From: Parcubacteria group bacterium
GTDB lineage: Bacteria; Patescibacteriota; Minisyncoccia; Phycocordibacterales; UBA2135
Direction of reading: 5' to 3'
NCBI GenBank assembly: GCA_016176785.1
Contig: JACOWN010000004.1
Location: 12,558 to 76,557, forward strand
Length of the DNA stretch: 64,000 nt
In this document: one piece after another, positions 33,901 to 41,414 of the stretch
Numbering within the stretch: the stretch's first letter is position 1
Layout: each line of letters starts with the position of its first letter
Program-made: the position numbers and the translations under genes
Notes under the pieces: generated by a model
The model's database searches: none
The model's input: only the letters and a program-made list of their open reading frames with translations
Told to the model about the DNA's origin: nothing

Positions 33901-34253
33901 GGGGCGACCCGATTTACGGAGCGGTCAAAAACGATCCCCAGCGAGGTAACTATTCGCGTATCTTTAACGGCCGCATGGCGGTGAAGATTTACGGCGACAA
34001 ACACTTCTTCGGAACGGCGGCAACGGACTACGCGCTCTACCATATGAGCGCGTCGGGCACGCATACGGACAGGTACGGCGAATACGGATTCCCTCCGAAC
34101 AATACCGGCGTATCGTTTGTCGGGCTTCCCGTTGACGGCCCCGACAGCGGCCCGATTCTCATCCGTTATCTCCCGTTCGATGTCATCAAGGATTTCGTGG
34201 AAGATAACCCCCGTCCGTTTGACTGGGAAAAATATCTCCAGAATCCCGCGTAA
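30978..34253 (+). CDS. large hypothetical protein: HTH-like N-terminus, putative calcineurin-like metallophosphoesterase C-terminus
   Basis: 1091-aa ORF with SDPHWGG, VCDDPSQG, GSGNHMEH, YGDKHFFG in phosphoesterase motif order; terminator 34270-34293. Confidence 0.7.
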   Translation: MSNRLYPFDESRLKSLFENFTGEPFRAELEKYIREEILPKIPNPKTGARGNALNPALRAAIEYGRRHGLLKPGHLVMSSALDAWNEEQKKRFRELYESGASYRAIAEDPLLKDAIADFKSRTTAVSNAAERLRCDKAKRRQAKRTTHEAKKIDSVWGLPGFKERVHAIVLSGALVDSGPDALFELLRKEFAETAKTYHLTFSKSAFKKRLYELLWPPDVDKALQEVIRARMDPKKEFCPLFPHIPESMVERRARWHRGVITTSKRSGRAVPGIFRVPARAEFGDLSKFRMPQTSFRKPCEIAFADDKNDWTLMFLNGANIGTQYPADIVGNPVRRALSDAEFRGDRVVFATNILAMELKKAAGPRKVGRALVMGDNINTKIFADEEYRREVEDIIANAPEDEVAYQNAEELLDNLLAGWRKICVKPNKKPEFTRSIFVILGYNEEEIIKTIAYWDVHYWTQLKQNELSAKIKVTSLALAAAERNDDWTRFAENERRLEILQERLNRTRVTNVATQEWQRFYNRARALVVRKIERAIPNAKVIGQGTTLVKIDGEIIEINIPHHDRVTDALLKNYAGNYGPRNLREMLAKTVVICGPWGIQFRGTVREADYDGKRGSAKIFVAPIDVDDAYLREILADTVKSEHPLARAMSNDQFFPGVLRLSRANGVIDADFVPVKALEAHKKYPKPRRQNRDSVRHFSPYAQGTKYIWIEIPSDPHWGGRSKEFVTDKASGKRLGMGEAVFEMQRREGLCVGTAMPVHIVAVCDDPSQGQNFPARTQPHPHELSPQRIEELSLALMKHADRIQDPQEFREILRSMNRFYSYQIETRAADFPHHQMFQMIERQIMPNADIWSAVLRRARHAGLVVRGLSAFPEAREAYALAREDTRDVGILNFGSGNHMEHTVNGEIIEGPFYAFILRLLLGKQDEWHGEEEFLRRMVAAPHYSGKAIGWGRFRVGNGYEYGLEVRDSPPRMSGWGDPIYGAVKNDPQRGNYSRIFNGRMAVKIYGDKHFFGTAATDYALYHMSASGTHTDRYGEYGFPPNNTGVSFVGLPVDGPDSGPILIRYLPFDVIKDFVEDNPRPFDWEKYLQNPA

Positions 34254-34415
34254 TGTTCTTTCCAAAAGCAATCCCGCATCCGCGGGATTTTTTAATTTTA
34301 ATGTTTCTATGCTGGTATTCTTCAGAACATTAGAATGGATGCTGACGCGCATGCCGCCTGCGCAAGCGAGAAACACAAAAAAAAAGCCGCACGAGTGCGG
34401 CTGGGGCGGGAAGGA

Positions 34416-34907
34416 TTACGCGCTCTGCTCGCGCGTCTCAAGGACGCCGCGAACGACCCGTATCTCATACGTCGCGTTTGCTGCGGCGTCGCGAAGCGTC
34501 AGTTTCGTCGGGACATACGCGTCCGACGTCGCGCCGAGCATCCGTTCAATCCACATTGAAATTGTCGCTCCGGTCAAACTGCCGGCAACCGTCCCGCAAG
34601 TATAGGGAATGAAGAGCGACCAGGACATGCCGAAGTGAACGAGGTAGGCAAAGGTCGCAAACCAGATGCCGTTCGAGAACCATGCGGCAACCATATGATA
34701 CGGCATGCTGTTTCTGTTGCGCGCGCGGCTCACCATCGTAAAGCTCACGTTCTGCGCAAACGCAATGAGCATCATATAGGCGTAATTGATCGGATTGCCG
34801 GTCGTCGGCCACACCAAAAGGTCGTTCCCCAAAGCGAGAGAATATGCGAGGCCTGCGGAGAGCATGAAGAAGACGGGGTTAAGAAAGAAGCTTCGCACAT
34901 GCTTCAT
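34416..34907 (-). CDS. small multi-pass membrane protein of unknown function
   Basis: About 4 hydrophobic segments; AFAQNVSFTMVSRARNRN, SNGIWF, YTCGTVAGS. ATG overlaps the upstream stop (ATGA). Confidence 0.75.
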   Translation of the reverse strand: MKHVRSFFLNPVFFMLSAGLAYSLALGNDLLVWPTTGNPINYAYMMLIAFAQNVSFTMVSRARNRNSMPYHMVAAWFSNGIWFATFAYLVHFGMSWSLFIPYTCGTVAGSLTGATISMWIERMLGATSDAYVPTKLTLRDAAANATYEIRVVRGVLETREQSA

Positions 34908-35089
34908 TGTTCGGCTCCCTGTTCCGTTCTGCCGAGGCGGCATTCCAATTCCTCGCGCGTCATGCGCGCAAGCTCACGGCGGAGGTCGCGGCGCGCGAAG
35001 AGGTCTTCGTGGTCTTGCCCGGGGTGACGTGCGTCAAGAATTTCCTCGATCAGCCGATTGCGGTCTGATTCTTCAACGCAGTTGCCCAT
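34904..35089 (-). CDS. hypothetical 61-aa protein
   Basis: GAGGAG SD; translationally coupled to the downstream membrane protein. Confidence 0.6.
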   Translation of the reverse strand: MGNCVEESDRNRLIEEILDARHPGQDHEDLFARRDLRRELARMTREELECRLGRTEQGAEQ

Positions 35090-35193
35090 CAGAACACTCC
35101 TCTTTGTCTGCGTTAAAAGGTACCACGCCGTTGAAATGCGTCAAACGGCGGTGCAAAAGACATAAGGCGGGTTTGCTTGCTTTGCGCATTTTT

Positions 35194-35409
35194 ATGACCC
35201 CACCGGGATTGGGGGTCAAGTTTCTAAGCTCAAACTTCGCGCTTCGCGCTCGTCTTCGCTAAGAACTTCCTCCCCGAGCTCGCCCCCTTCGACTCGCTTC
35301 GCTCGCTCAGGATGGCTCCGCTTTTCGAATCCCGGACGCGAGTGAAGCAGTTCACTCGCTTGGGCTCACCGAATAAAAATGACATTCTTAATGTTCATTT
35401 TTATACCGA
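35194..35409 (-). repeat. duplicated tRNA-Glu 3' end enclosing a ~200-bp structured insert
   Basis: ATGACCCCACCGGGATT at 35194-35210 and 35409-35425; inverted T-arm copy TTCGAATCCCGG at 35324-35335. Confidence 0.7.
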
Positions 35410-35484
35410 TGACCCCACCGGGATTCGAACCCGGGTTCCAGCGTTGAGAACGCTGTGTCCTAGACCAGGCTAGACGATAGGGCC
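35410..35484 (-). tRNA. tRNA-Glu (CTC)
   Basis: GGCCCTATCGTCTAGCCTGGTCTAGGACACAGCG-TTCTCAA-CGCTGGAACCCGGGTTCGAATCCCGGTGGGGTCA cloverleaf; CCA not encoded. Confidence 0.96.
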
Positions 35485-35559
35485 GCAAGGGAAAGGATAC
35501 CATCCAGCATCGCAAAAATCGACCCCCGCGGAACGGGGGCGCTTATGAACGCATGCTTC

Positions 35560-35775
35560 TTAGCGCCGGCCGGACGACCTGCCGATGAACCCTCCGAGCC
35601 GGAGGCCGAAGTAAAGGAAACTGCCAGAGACGATGAGCGCCGCCCACGACATCCACAGAGGGACATCAAAACCGCCGATGACGGCCGGCCACTCATTGGT
35701 CACGCGGAAAGCGTGAAGAACAAAAACGGCCAGAAAGATAAGCGACGTTGCGAGATAATAATCCTGCTGTTTCAT
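35560..35775 (-). CDS. hypothetical small 2-TM membrane protein
   Basis: MKQQDYYLATSLIFLAVFVLHAFRV...VPLWMSW; two hydrophobic helices. Confidence 0.7.
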   Translation of the reverse strand: MKQQDYYLATSLIFLAVFVLHAFRVTNEWPAVIGGFDVPLWMSWAALIVSGSFLYFGLRLGGFIGRSSGRR

Positions 35776-35815
35776 TAAAAATAAAAAATAATGCTGGTAA
35801 ATCGACCGCGGTTCG

Positions 35816-36289
35816 TTAGTTTGCGTCGTCCCAGTTGCCGGATATTTTTTTAATACCGTACTCGGCAAACCAGACGACGGTAAAAATGAAAAGCGCGATA
35901 AGGGTCGTCGCGACCGCAAGAAGATACAGGCCGAAGCCCGAGGCAATGCCGATGCCCGCGGCAACCCACAGTCCCGCAGCCGTGGTAACGCCCTGGACGG
36001 CATGCGCGTTTTTGACGATCAAGATCCCCGCCCCCAAGAAGCCGATGCCGGTTACCACATGTGCGGCGACGCGGAGCGGGTCAAAATTCGTTACACCGAT
36101 AAATTGGCGGGTTACGATCTCGGAGATGACGATAAAAAGCGCCGCGCCCAAACTGACGAGCGCGAACGTCCGCATACCCGCCGTTTTGTGCGCGATCACC
36201 CGCTCGGTGCCGAGAAGCAACCCCAAGACGGTGGCGACGATAAGCCGAGCCAAAACATCTTCGGTCCCCGGATCAAAAAATCCGAACAT
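35816..36289 (-). CDS. MgtC/SapB family membrane protein
   Basis: GTER..HKTAGMRTF, DPLRVAAHVVTGIGFLGAG, GVTTAAGLW. Confidence 0.92.
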   Translation of the reverse strand: MFGFFDPGTEDVLARLIVATVLGLLLGTERVIAHKTAGMRTFALVSLGAALFIVISEIVTRQFIGVTNFDPLRVAAHVVTGIGFLGAGILIVKNAHAVQGVTTAAGLWVAAGIGIASGFGLYLLAVATTLIALFIFTVVWFAEYGIKKISGNWDDAN

Positions 36290-36360
36290 GCTTTAAGTAT
36301 ATCAGAAGCAGACGCCGCGGCGCTTGCTGTTTGTCCACAGCTTTCGCCAATTTCAAGATT

Positions 36361-37197
36361 TTAAAAAAGGGTGCTTTTCCGTTTTGTGTTTTTGGACGAA
36401 GATGCGGGCGCGCGTTTTCCCGGAGCGCTCTGCCGTTTCTTGGCGCCGATAATGACGTCGCCCGAGGCGGCGCGATATGCGCAGTAGTCGCACGCGGGAG
36501 CGGCGGCCGGAACGTTATCCGACATGAGGCACGCTCGCGCATCTTCAAGCGCTTTCACGACCCACGCGTCAGAGCCGGCATACGGAATGACCGAGACATC
36601 AAACTCAAGTTTGCCGTCAAATGCGGATTTGTCGCGCCCGGCGTTCGCATACACGAAATAGCCGGTGTCGGACACGGGGAACCCGTTGCGGCGGAAGAGC
36701 CACTGGTACACCTCCATCTGCCGTTTGTAGCCGTCCTGCCATTCGGCATCAAGCGTCACCTCGCTCGCTTTGCTGGTTGATTTGTAATCAACGATATGGA
36801 GTTCCCCTTTGGGGTTCACCCACACGTCGTCAATCGCGCCGTATACACGGAAACCGGTCGGCTCGTGGTGATAAAAAATGCCCGTGAAAGGGTCGCGCCA
36901 TGTTTCAATTTTTTCATGGGCGAGCGGCACCGCGTTAATGTCGTACGCGCTCATCAAGGGATGCGGGTTGCCCGCGGCGCGATGGATGTCAAACTCTTTT
37001 TTGAGGAGTGCGTCAACCGCGCTGTTTAAATTGAACGGGAACCCCGGCGGCCTCCCGACGCCGAGCCGGCGGTCAAGATAAAAACAGCGGGGACATTCAA
37101 GAAAAAGGTCAATTTTTGAACGGCTCAATTTAAAGGGCTCCGTACTCCGAGGGTCAAAGAGACCGCGCGTTCGCTTCGCCGTGTAATATTTGGACAT
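36361..37197 (-). CDS. stand-alone PD-(D/E)XK (RecB/Cas4-like) nuclease
   Basis: LSRSKIDLFLECPRCFY, GAIDD..IVDYKST, QMEVYQW, CDYC. Confidence 0.85.
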   Translation of the reverse strand: MSKYYTAKRTRGLFDPRSTEPFKLSRSKIDLFLECPRCFYLDRRLGVGRPPGFPFNLNSAVDALLKKEFDIHRAAGNPHPLMSAYDINAVPLAHEKIETWRDPFTGIFYHHEPTGFRVYGAIDDVWVNPKGELHIVDYKSTSKASEVTLDAEWQDGYKRQMEVYQWLFRRNGFPVSDTGYFVYANAGRDKSAFDGKLEFDVSVIPYAGSDAWVVKALEDARACLMSDNVPAAAPACDYCAYRAASGDVIIGAKKRQSAPGKRAPASSSKNTKRKSTLF

Positions 37198-37290
37198 GGG
37201 ATGATTATAGCACGATTTTTTTAAACTTGACAATCAAAAAGTTATATAGTATTACATAGATGTATCGTCGGGTGCAATTAGGAGGAAAAA

Positions 37291-37557
37291 ATGCACCAGA
37301 ACCAGAAGAAGGATACCACCGAAAAGAAGCGGAACAAGGCGGCGAGGCGCGCCGAAGCCGGCGCGAGGCGCGCTGCGGAGCGCGCCGGGATGCGGTTCGC
37401 GCCAAGTCCCCGTTCCACCCCGCCCAAGGGCGGGAACTACGGGAAGAACGGCGAATCGCGCCACCTTGCGAAGGTGGCGCGGCGCTCGCGCCGCGCGCGC
37501 GGCGAAGAGCCCAAGCCCAAGTTCCGGGGCATGGGCGCCTTCGTCTCTTCCCGCTAA
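37291..37557 (+). CDS. small Arg/Lys-rich hypothetical protein
   Basis: AGGAGG SD, strongly G/C-ending codons, 88 aa. Confidence 0.65.
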   Translation: MHQNQKKDTTEKKRNKAARRAEAGARRAAERAGMRFAPSPRSTPPKGGNYGKNGESRHLAKVARRSRRARGEEPKPKFRGMGAFVSSR

Positions 37558-37572
37558 CGGGAGGAGATGAAC

Positions 37573-37737
37573 ATGACCCCCAAGTCGACTCCGCAGCCGC
37601 CCGCAACCCCCTCCAAGAAGTCCGAGGGGGACGCCGTGACGAAGCGGCGCATCATGCAGAGCCGCGAGCGCCGCTTCAAGATCGCCGCCGCAGCCGTGGC
37701 TGCGGCGGCGGGCGCGGTCGCGTTCGCCAAGGCGTAA
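37573..37737 (+). CDS. 54-aa basic peptide with Ala-rich hydrophobic tail (not in ORF track)
   Basis: GGAGGAG SD; MTPKSTPQPPATPSKKSEGDAVTKRRIMQSRERRFKIAAAAVAAAAGAVAFAKA; terminator 37794-37816. Confidence 0.65.
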   Translation: MTPKSTPQPPATPSKKSEGDAVTKRRIMQSRERRFKIAAAAVAAAAGAVAFAKA

Positions 37738-37846
37738 CGCGACCGCACGCACTTTCCCAAATCCCAAACAAAAAAGAAAAAACAAAAACCTACAAGGCAG
37801 CTCTCCGAGCTGCCTTCATCATTTTAAGAGCGCCACTCCGGAGCGG

Positions 37847-38425
37847 TCATTTCCGCATGTACTGCCCCATGAGTTCCGCGCTTTGAAGCACGTGCCCGAC
37901 CATTGCCTCCTCAAGCTCTTCTTTGCCGCCGGTCGGAGGAAGCAAGAGCTCCGTGTCAAGCGCATATATCTTGAAGAAATAGCGATGCTCGCCTCGCCCG
38001 GGGCACGGGCCGCCGTATTTTTGTTTTCCGAAATCAGTCATGCCTTCCACCACCCCTTCCGGAACGCTCCCCTCCGCAATTCCAGTAACCGTCGGCGGGA
38101 TATTCCACACCACCCAATGGACAAAAAGCCCTGACGGCGCATCGGGGTCGTCAACAATGAGCGCAAGCGTTTTCGCATCGGCTGGAATATCCGAAAAGGC
38201 AAGCGGCGGGTTGATGTCGCCGCCGTCGCATGAATAGAGTGCGGGGATCGCTTCTCCGTTTTCAAATGCCGTGCTTGAGATTTTCATGAGTAGAGCGGGG
38301 GGCAAAGACGGTGACTCTGATGCACCCGCCGCTCCGCCTGACCGCATATTGTTTATTGTAACAAAAACAAGAGCAACAAAAAACAATGCGAGAAACGAGA
38401 GCGTGAAAAATGTCCGAGGCCGCAT
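37847..38425 (-). CDS. YbhB/YbcL (PEBP/Raf kinase inhibitor-like) protein with N-terminal TM
   Basis: ALIVDDPDAP, FVHWVVWNIP, YGGPCP, HRYFFKIYALD. Confidence 0.9.
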   Translation of the reverse strand: MRPRTFFTLSFLALFFVALVFVTINNMRSGGAAGASESPSLPPALLMKISSTAFENGEAIPALYSCDGGDINPPLAFSDIPADAKTLALIVDDPDAPSGLFVHWVVWNIPPTVTGIAEGSVPEGVVEGMTDFGKQKYGGPCPGRGEHRYFFKIYALDTELLLPPTGGKEELEEAMVGHVLQSAELMGQYMRK

Positions 38426-38458
38426 GATACTCAACGCAAAAGACGAGCACGCTTCCCC

Positions 38459-38740
38459 TTAGGGGTATGCCAGCGGGGTGACCGCGCCCTCGGCTTCAAG
38501 AAGGCGTCGTTTCTTCGCCGCGCCGCGGTTATAACCGCCCGTCGCACCGTCGGAGCGGATGACGCGGTGGCATGGTATCGCGGAGTTCCTGTTTTGCGCG
38601 AGAACATTTCCCGCGGCACGGTATGCGCGCGCCGCGCCGGCGCGGCGCGCGACTTCTTTATAGGTCAATACTTCTCCGCACGGAATACGCCTCACGACTT
38701 TCAAAACTTTCTCCGCAAACGTCGCTCCGCCGTTTTTCAT
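38459..38740 (-). CDS. ogt: O6-alkylguanine DNA alkyltransferase (MGMT family, single domain)
   Basis: IPCGEVLTYKEVA, IPCHRVIRSDG, LLEAEG. Confidence 0.85.
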   Translation of the reverse strand: MKNGGATFAEKVLKVVRRIPCGEVLTYKEVARRAGAARAYRAAGNVLAQNRNSAIPCHRVIRSDGATGGYNRGAAKKRRLLEAEGAVTPLAYP

Positions 38741-38798
38741 GATTGTACGGTAACAAAAGAACTTCTTTAAAAGAAGTCTTTTGTTTTTGAGTGGGCCA

Positions 38799-40973
38799 CT
38801 AGCGGACAATAAGGCCGTTCAACACATTGAACACCGCGCCGAAAAATACTGTCGGATTCAATGACTGCGGTGCGGGAGCCGGTTCTGACGGAGGAGGCGG
38901 CAGCGGAGAAAAGTCAGTCGGAGGCGGCGGCTCGCTCGGAGCGATAAAGTTTTGAGGCGGGAGCGGCTCGGCGGTCGGGAAAGGCATCGTTTGCGGAACG
39001 GCCCCTTCTTCTCGCGGAGGAGGGGGCATAAATCCCCCCTCGGGAGGCATCACAGGAAAACCGTTCTCACCCTCGGAAAATCCTTCGGGACGCATCGGCA
39101 TTGCCTGCGGAATGAACCGCTCCATCTCGTCCGGTCTCTTCATTTCTGTATCCCCCCGTTCGCCTTCCCGCATTTCACGCGGCATACCGCCGTCGGGAGA
39201 TTGGAACGGAATGCGGTCCCCCTCTTCCTTTGGGCGGTTAAAGAATCCCGGGAACCCTCGGGGAGGAACCGAAGAGCCGTCTTGCGGCATCATTCCCTCT
39301 TGCGGCATTGCGCGCGGAAGCGGCGGCCGCATTTCGCGTCCTTCACCCGGCGGAAATCCTTGCGGTGGGCCGGATTCTCCTTCCTTAAACTCTCCGAAAA
39401 ATTGTTCGTCGCGACGAGGCATTTCACCGCGCTCAAACTGCGCGCGTATCTGGTTGAACTTGTCAAACCGTTCTTGGAACTCCGGCGGGACATCTCCCGG
39501 AACGCCGCCCGGACCGAAACCGGGAGGAGAACCGAAACCGGGAGGCGGGCCAAACCCCGCGGGCCCTCTTCCGCGCGGCTCAAACCTCTCAACTTCCACA
39601 AACCGCTGAAGTTCTTTTTTCGCTTCGTTCGGATTAAGGAATCCTTCGTTGACGGCAAATGCCGTGCATTCTTCAAAATGCGACGGGTCGGAACAGTACT
39701 TTCGGCACTCGCCTTCCCCGCGGCAGCCGCCGGGGCCGCCTTGCTCCTGAACTTTTTTGTCAAGGGATTTGAATTTTTCGATCCGCGCGAGCTCCTTGGG
39801 CGGCAGGAGGCCGTTTGTTTTTGCAAACTCAAAACATTCATCGCGGTGCGCGGGGTCGCCGCAGTACTGCTCACACTCCCTGCCGCGGCAGCCGCCGGGA
39901 CCGCCCGCCTGCGATGCGGCAAGAAACTTTCGCGCTTGCGCCGCTTCGTCCGGCTTCATCAAACCGTTCTGTTCGGCGAACGCAAGACACTCTTCTTCGT
40001 GACCGGGTGTTTCGCAATAATCGCGGCATTCTTGCCCGCGGCAGCCGCCGGGGCCTTCAACGTCAAGCAACCGCTCAAATTTCTCCGCATCCGCCCTGTC
40101 CTCAAACAGGTCGTGTTCTTTTGCGAACGCGAGGCAGGTTTTCCCGTTTGCCGGATTTGAACAGAACTGGTCGCACTCTTCAAATCCTTGGCAACCGCCC
40201 GGACCGCCTCCCGCCTCCTCCAAAACTCGTTGGGCCTTTTCAACGTCAATCCGCGGTCCGGGTGGGCCACCGCCCGGACGAGGCGTGCCGCGGCCAGGGG
40301 CCCCGGGAAATTCGCCGCGAAGGAACTTTTTCGCTTCTTCCGCTTCATCAGAACTCATCTGCCCTTCGGCGACCGCAAAGTCAATGCACTCCACTTGGTG
40401 CGTTGAACAGTATGAGTTGCACTCCGCAGCGCTTCGGCATCCGCCCGGGCCGCCGCGTTTTGCTCGCGCCGCTTCCTCGGAACTTATCTGCCCTTCGGCG
40501 ACCGCAAAGTCAATGCAGGTGTTTGAATTGGCCGGTTCATTGCAGAATGCGTTGCATTGTTCCGGCGTTCGGCAGCCGCCCGGGCCGCCGCGCCGCGCGC
40601 GCGCCGCCTCCCCGGGACTTATATGGCCATTCGCTTCGGCAAAACCGATGCACTCGTCAAAATTTGACGGCGTATCGCAATACGAACGGCATTCGTTTTC
40701 ACCGCGGCATCCGCCGGGGCCGCCTTCATCGGGAACCGGAGCGGGACCGCCAACGTCAAACCCGCGGCCTCTCGCCCATTCAACGCACCGGCTCGTATTG
40801 GCGGCATCATCGCAATACTCCGCACACTCATCAAGCGAGCCGCAATTTCCGAGTTCGGCGACGGGAAACTCAATATCAAAAGGGTTGATCTGCGCGCGCG
40901 CGTCCTCGCCTGAAAACGCAAAAACACCGACAAACGCCGCGAAAAGAATGAGGGGGTAAATAAAGTATTTCAT
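38799..40973 (-). CDS. secreted Cys-rich GPGGC-repeat protein with Pro-rich tail
   Basis: Signal peptide (ARA-Q), eight 4-Cys repeats, low-complexity P/G/E C-terminus. Confidence 0.8.
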   Translation of the reverse strand: MKYFIYPLILFAAFVGVFAFSGEDARAQINPFDIEFPVAELGNCGSLDECAEYCDDAANTSRCVEWARGRGFDVGGPAPVPDEGGPGGCRGENECRSYCDTPSNFDECIGFAEANGHISPGEAARARRGGPGGCRTPEQCNAFCNEPANSNTCIDFAVAEGQISSEEAARAKRGGPGGCRSAAECNSYCSTHQVECIDFAVAEGQMSSDEAEEAKKFLRGEFPGAPGRGTPRPGGGPPGPRIDVEKAQRVLEEAGGGPGGCQGFEECDQFCSNPANGKTCLAFAKEHDLFEDRADAEKFERLLDVEGPGGCRGQECRDYCETPGHEEECLAFAEQNGLMKPDEAAQARKFLAASQAGGPGGCRGRECEQYCGDPAHRDECFEFAKTNGLLPPKELARIEKFKSLDKKVQEQGGPGGCRGEGECRKYCSDPSHFEECTAFAVNEGFLNPNEAKKELQRFVEVERFEPRGRGPAGFGPPPGFGSPPGFGPGGVPGDVPPEFQERFDKFNQIRAQFERGEMPRRDEQFFGEFKEGESGPPQGFPPGEGREMRPPLPRAMPQEGMMPQDGSSVPPRGFPGFFNRPKEEGDRIPFQSPDGGMPREMREGERGDTEMKRPDEMERFIPQAMPMRPEGFSEGENGFPVMPPEGGFMPPPPREEGAVPQTMPFPTAEPLPPQNFIAPSEPPPPTDFSPLPPPPSEPAPAPQSLNPTVFFGAVFNVLNGLIVR

Positions 40974-40983
40974 GGAGAGAATC

Positions 40984-41235
40984 CTATCTGAAAGGATTAA
41001 CGGCGCCGCCGCTCTCAAACGGGTTTGTGTACGCTCCGCCCACCGGATTGGCCGCCGTCTCAAACGGATTCGCCTTCTGCGCAATTTCCGCCTGCGCCGC
41101 CTCCTTTTGCGCCGCGAGAAGGTCGCTTTGGCCTTTTGAGTAGCCGAAATAGTAACCGCCGCCGAGACCGATAACGATCGCGACCGCCACGATGACCCAC
41201 ATATTGATTGCTCCTTCTTCGTATTCGTGGTTCAT
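40984..41235 (-). CDS. small single-TM protein with NPF repeats
   Basis: TM helix, then ANPFE/ANPV/TNPFE/VNPFR. Confidence 0.7.
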   Translation of the reverse strand: MNHEYEEGAINMWVIVAVAIVIGLGGGYYFGYSKGQSDLLAAQKEAAQAEIAQKANPFETAANPVGGAYTNPFESGGAVNPFR

Positions 41236-41356
41236 AGACACAAGGACGATCTGCGGCCCGCAGATCGCGTTATGATTATGACTGATAAATAAATGACGAA
41301 TTCTCTTTTAGTGTATCACGCTCAACACAAAGATGCTTACCGCTCAAGGGGCGCAC

Positions 41357-41413
41357 TTTTCCACACCCCCGAAAAGGACGGTCCTTTTGGGGTTTATCCA
41401 CACGTTATCAACA
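41357..41413 (-). repeat. DnaA-box-like + palindrome composite downstream of mnmA
   Basis: TTTTCCACA 41357-65; AAAAGGACGGTCCTTTT 41372-88; TTATCCACA 41394-402; TTATCAACA 41405-13. Confidence 0.85.
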
Positions 41414-41414
41414 A

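Noticed and set aside
30915-35484. Intact prophage or integrative element at tRNA-Glu
   Set aside because: No integrase or structural genes, and the only att-like duplicate is about 200 bp from the tRNA.
36361-37197. cas4 as evidence of a CRISPR-Cas system
   Set aside because: Solo PD-(D/E)XK nuclease; no cas1/cas2 or array in the window.
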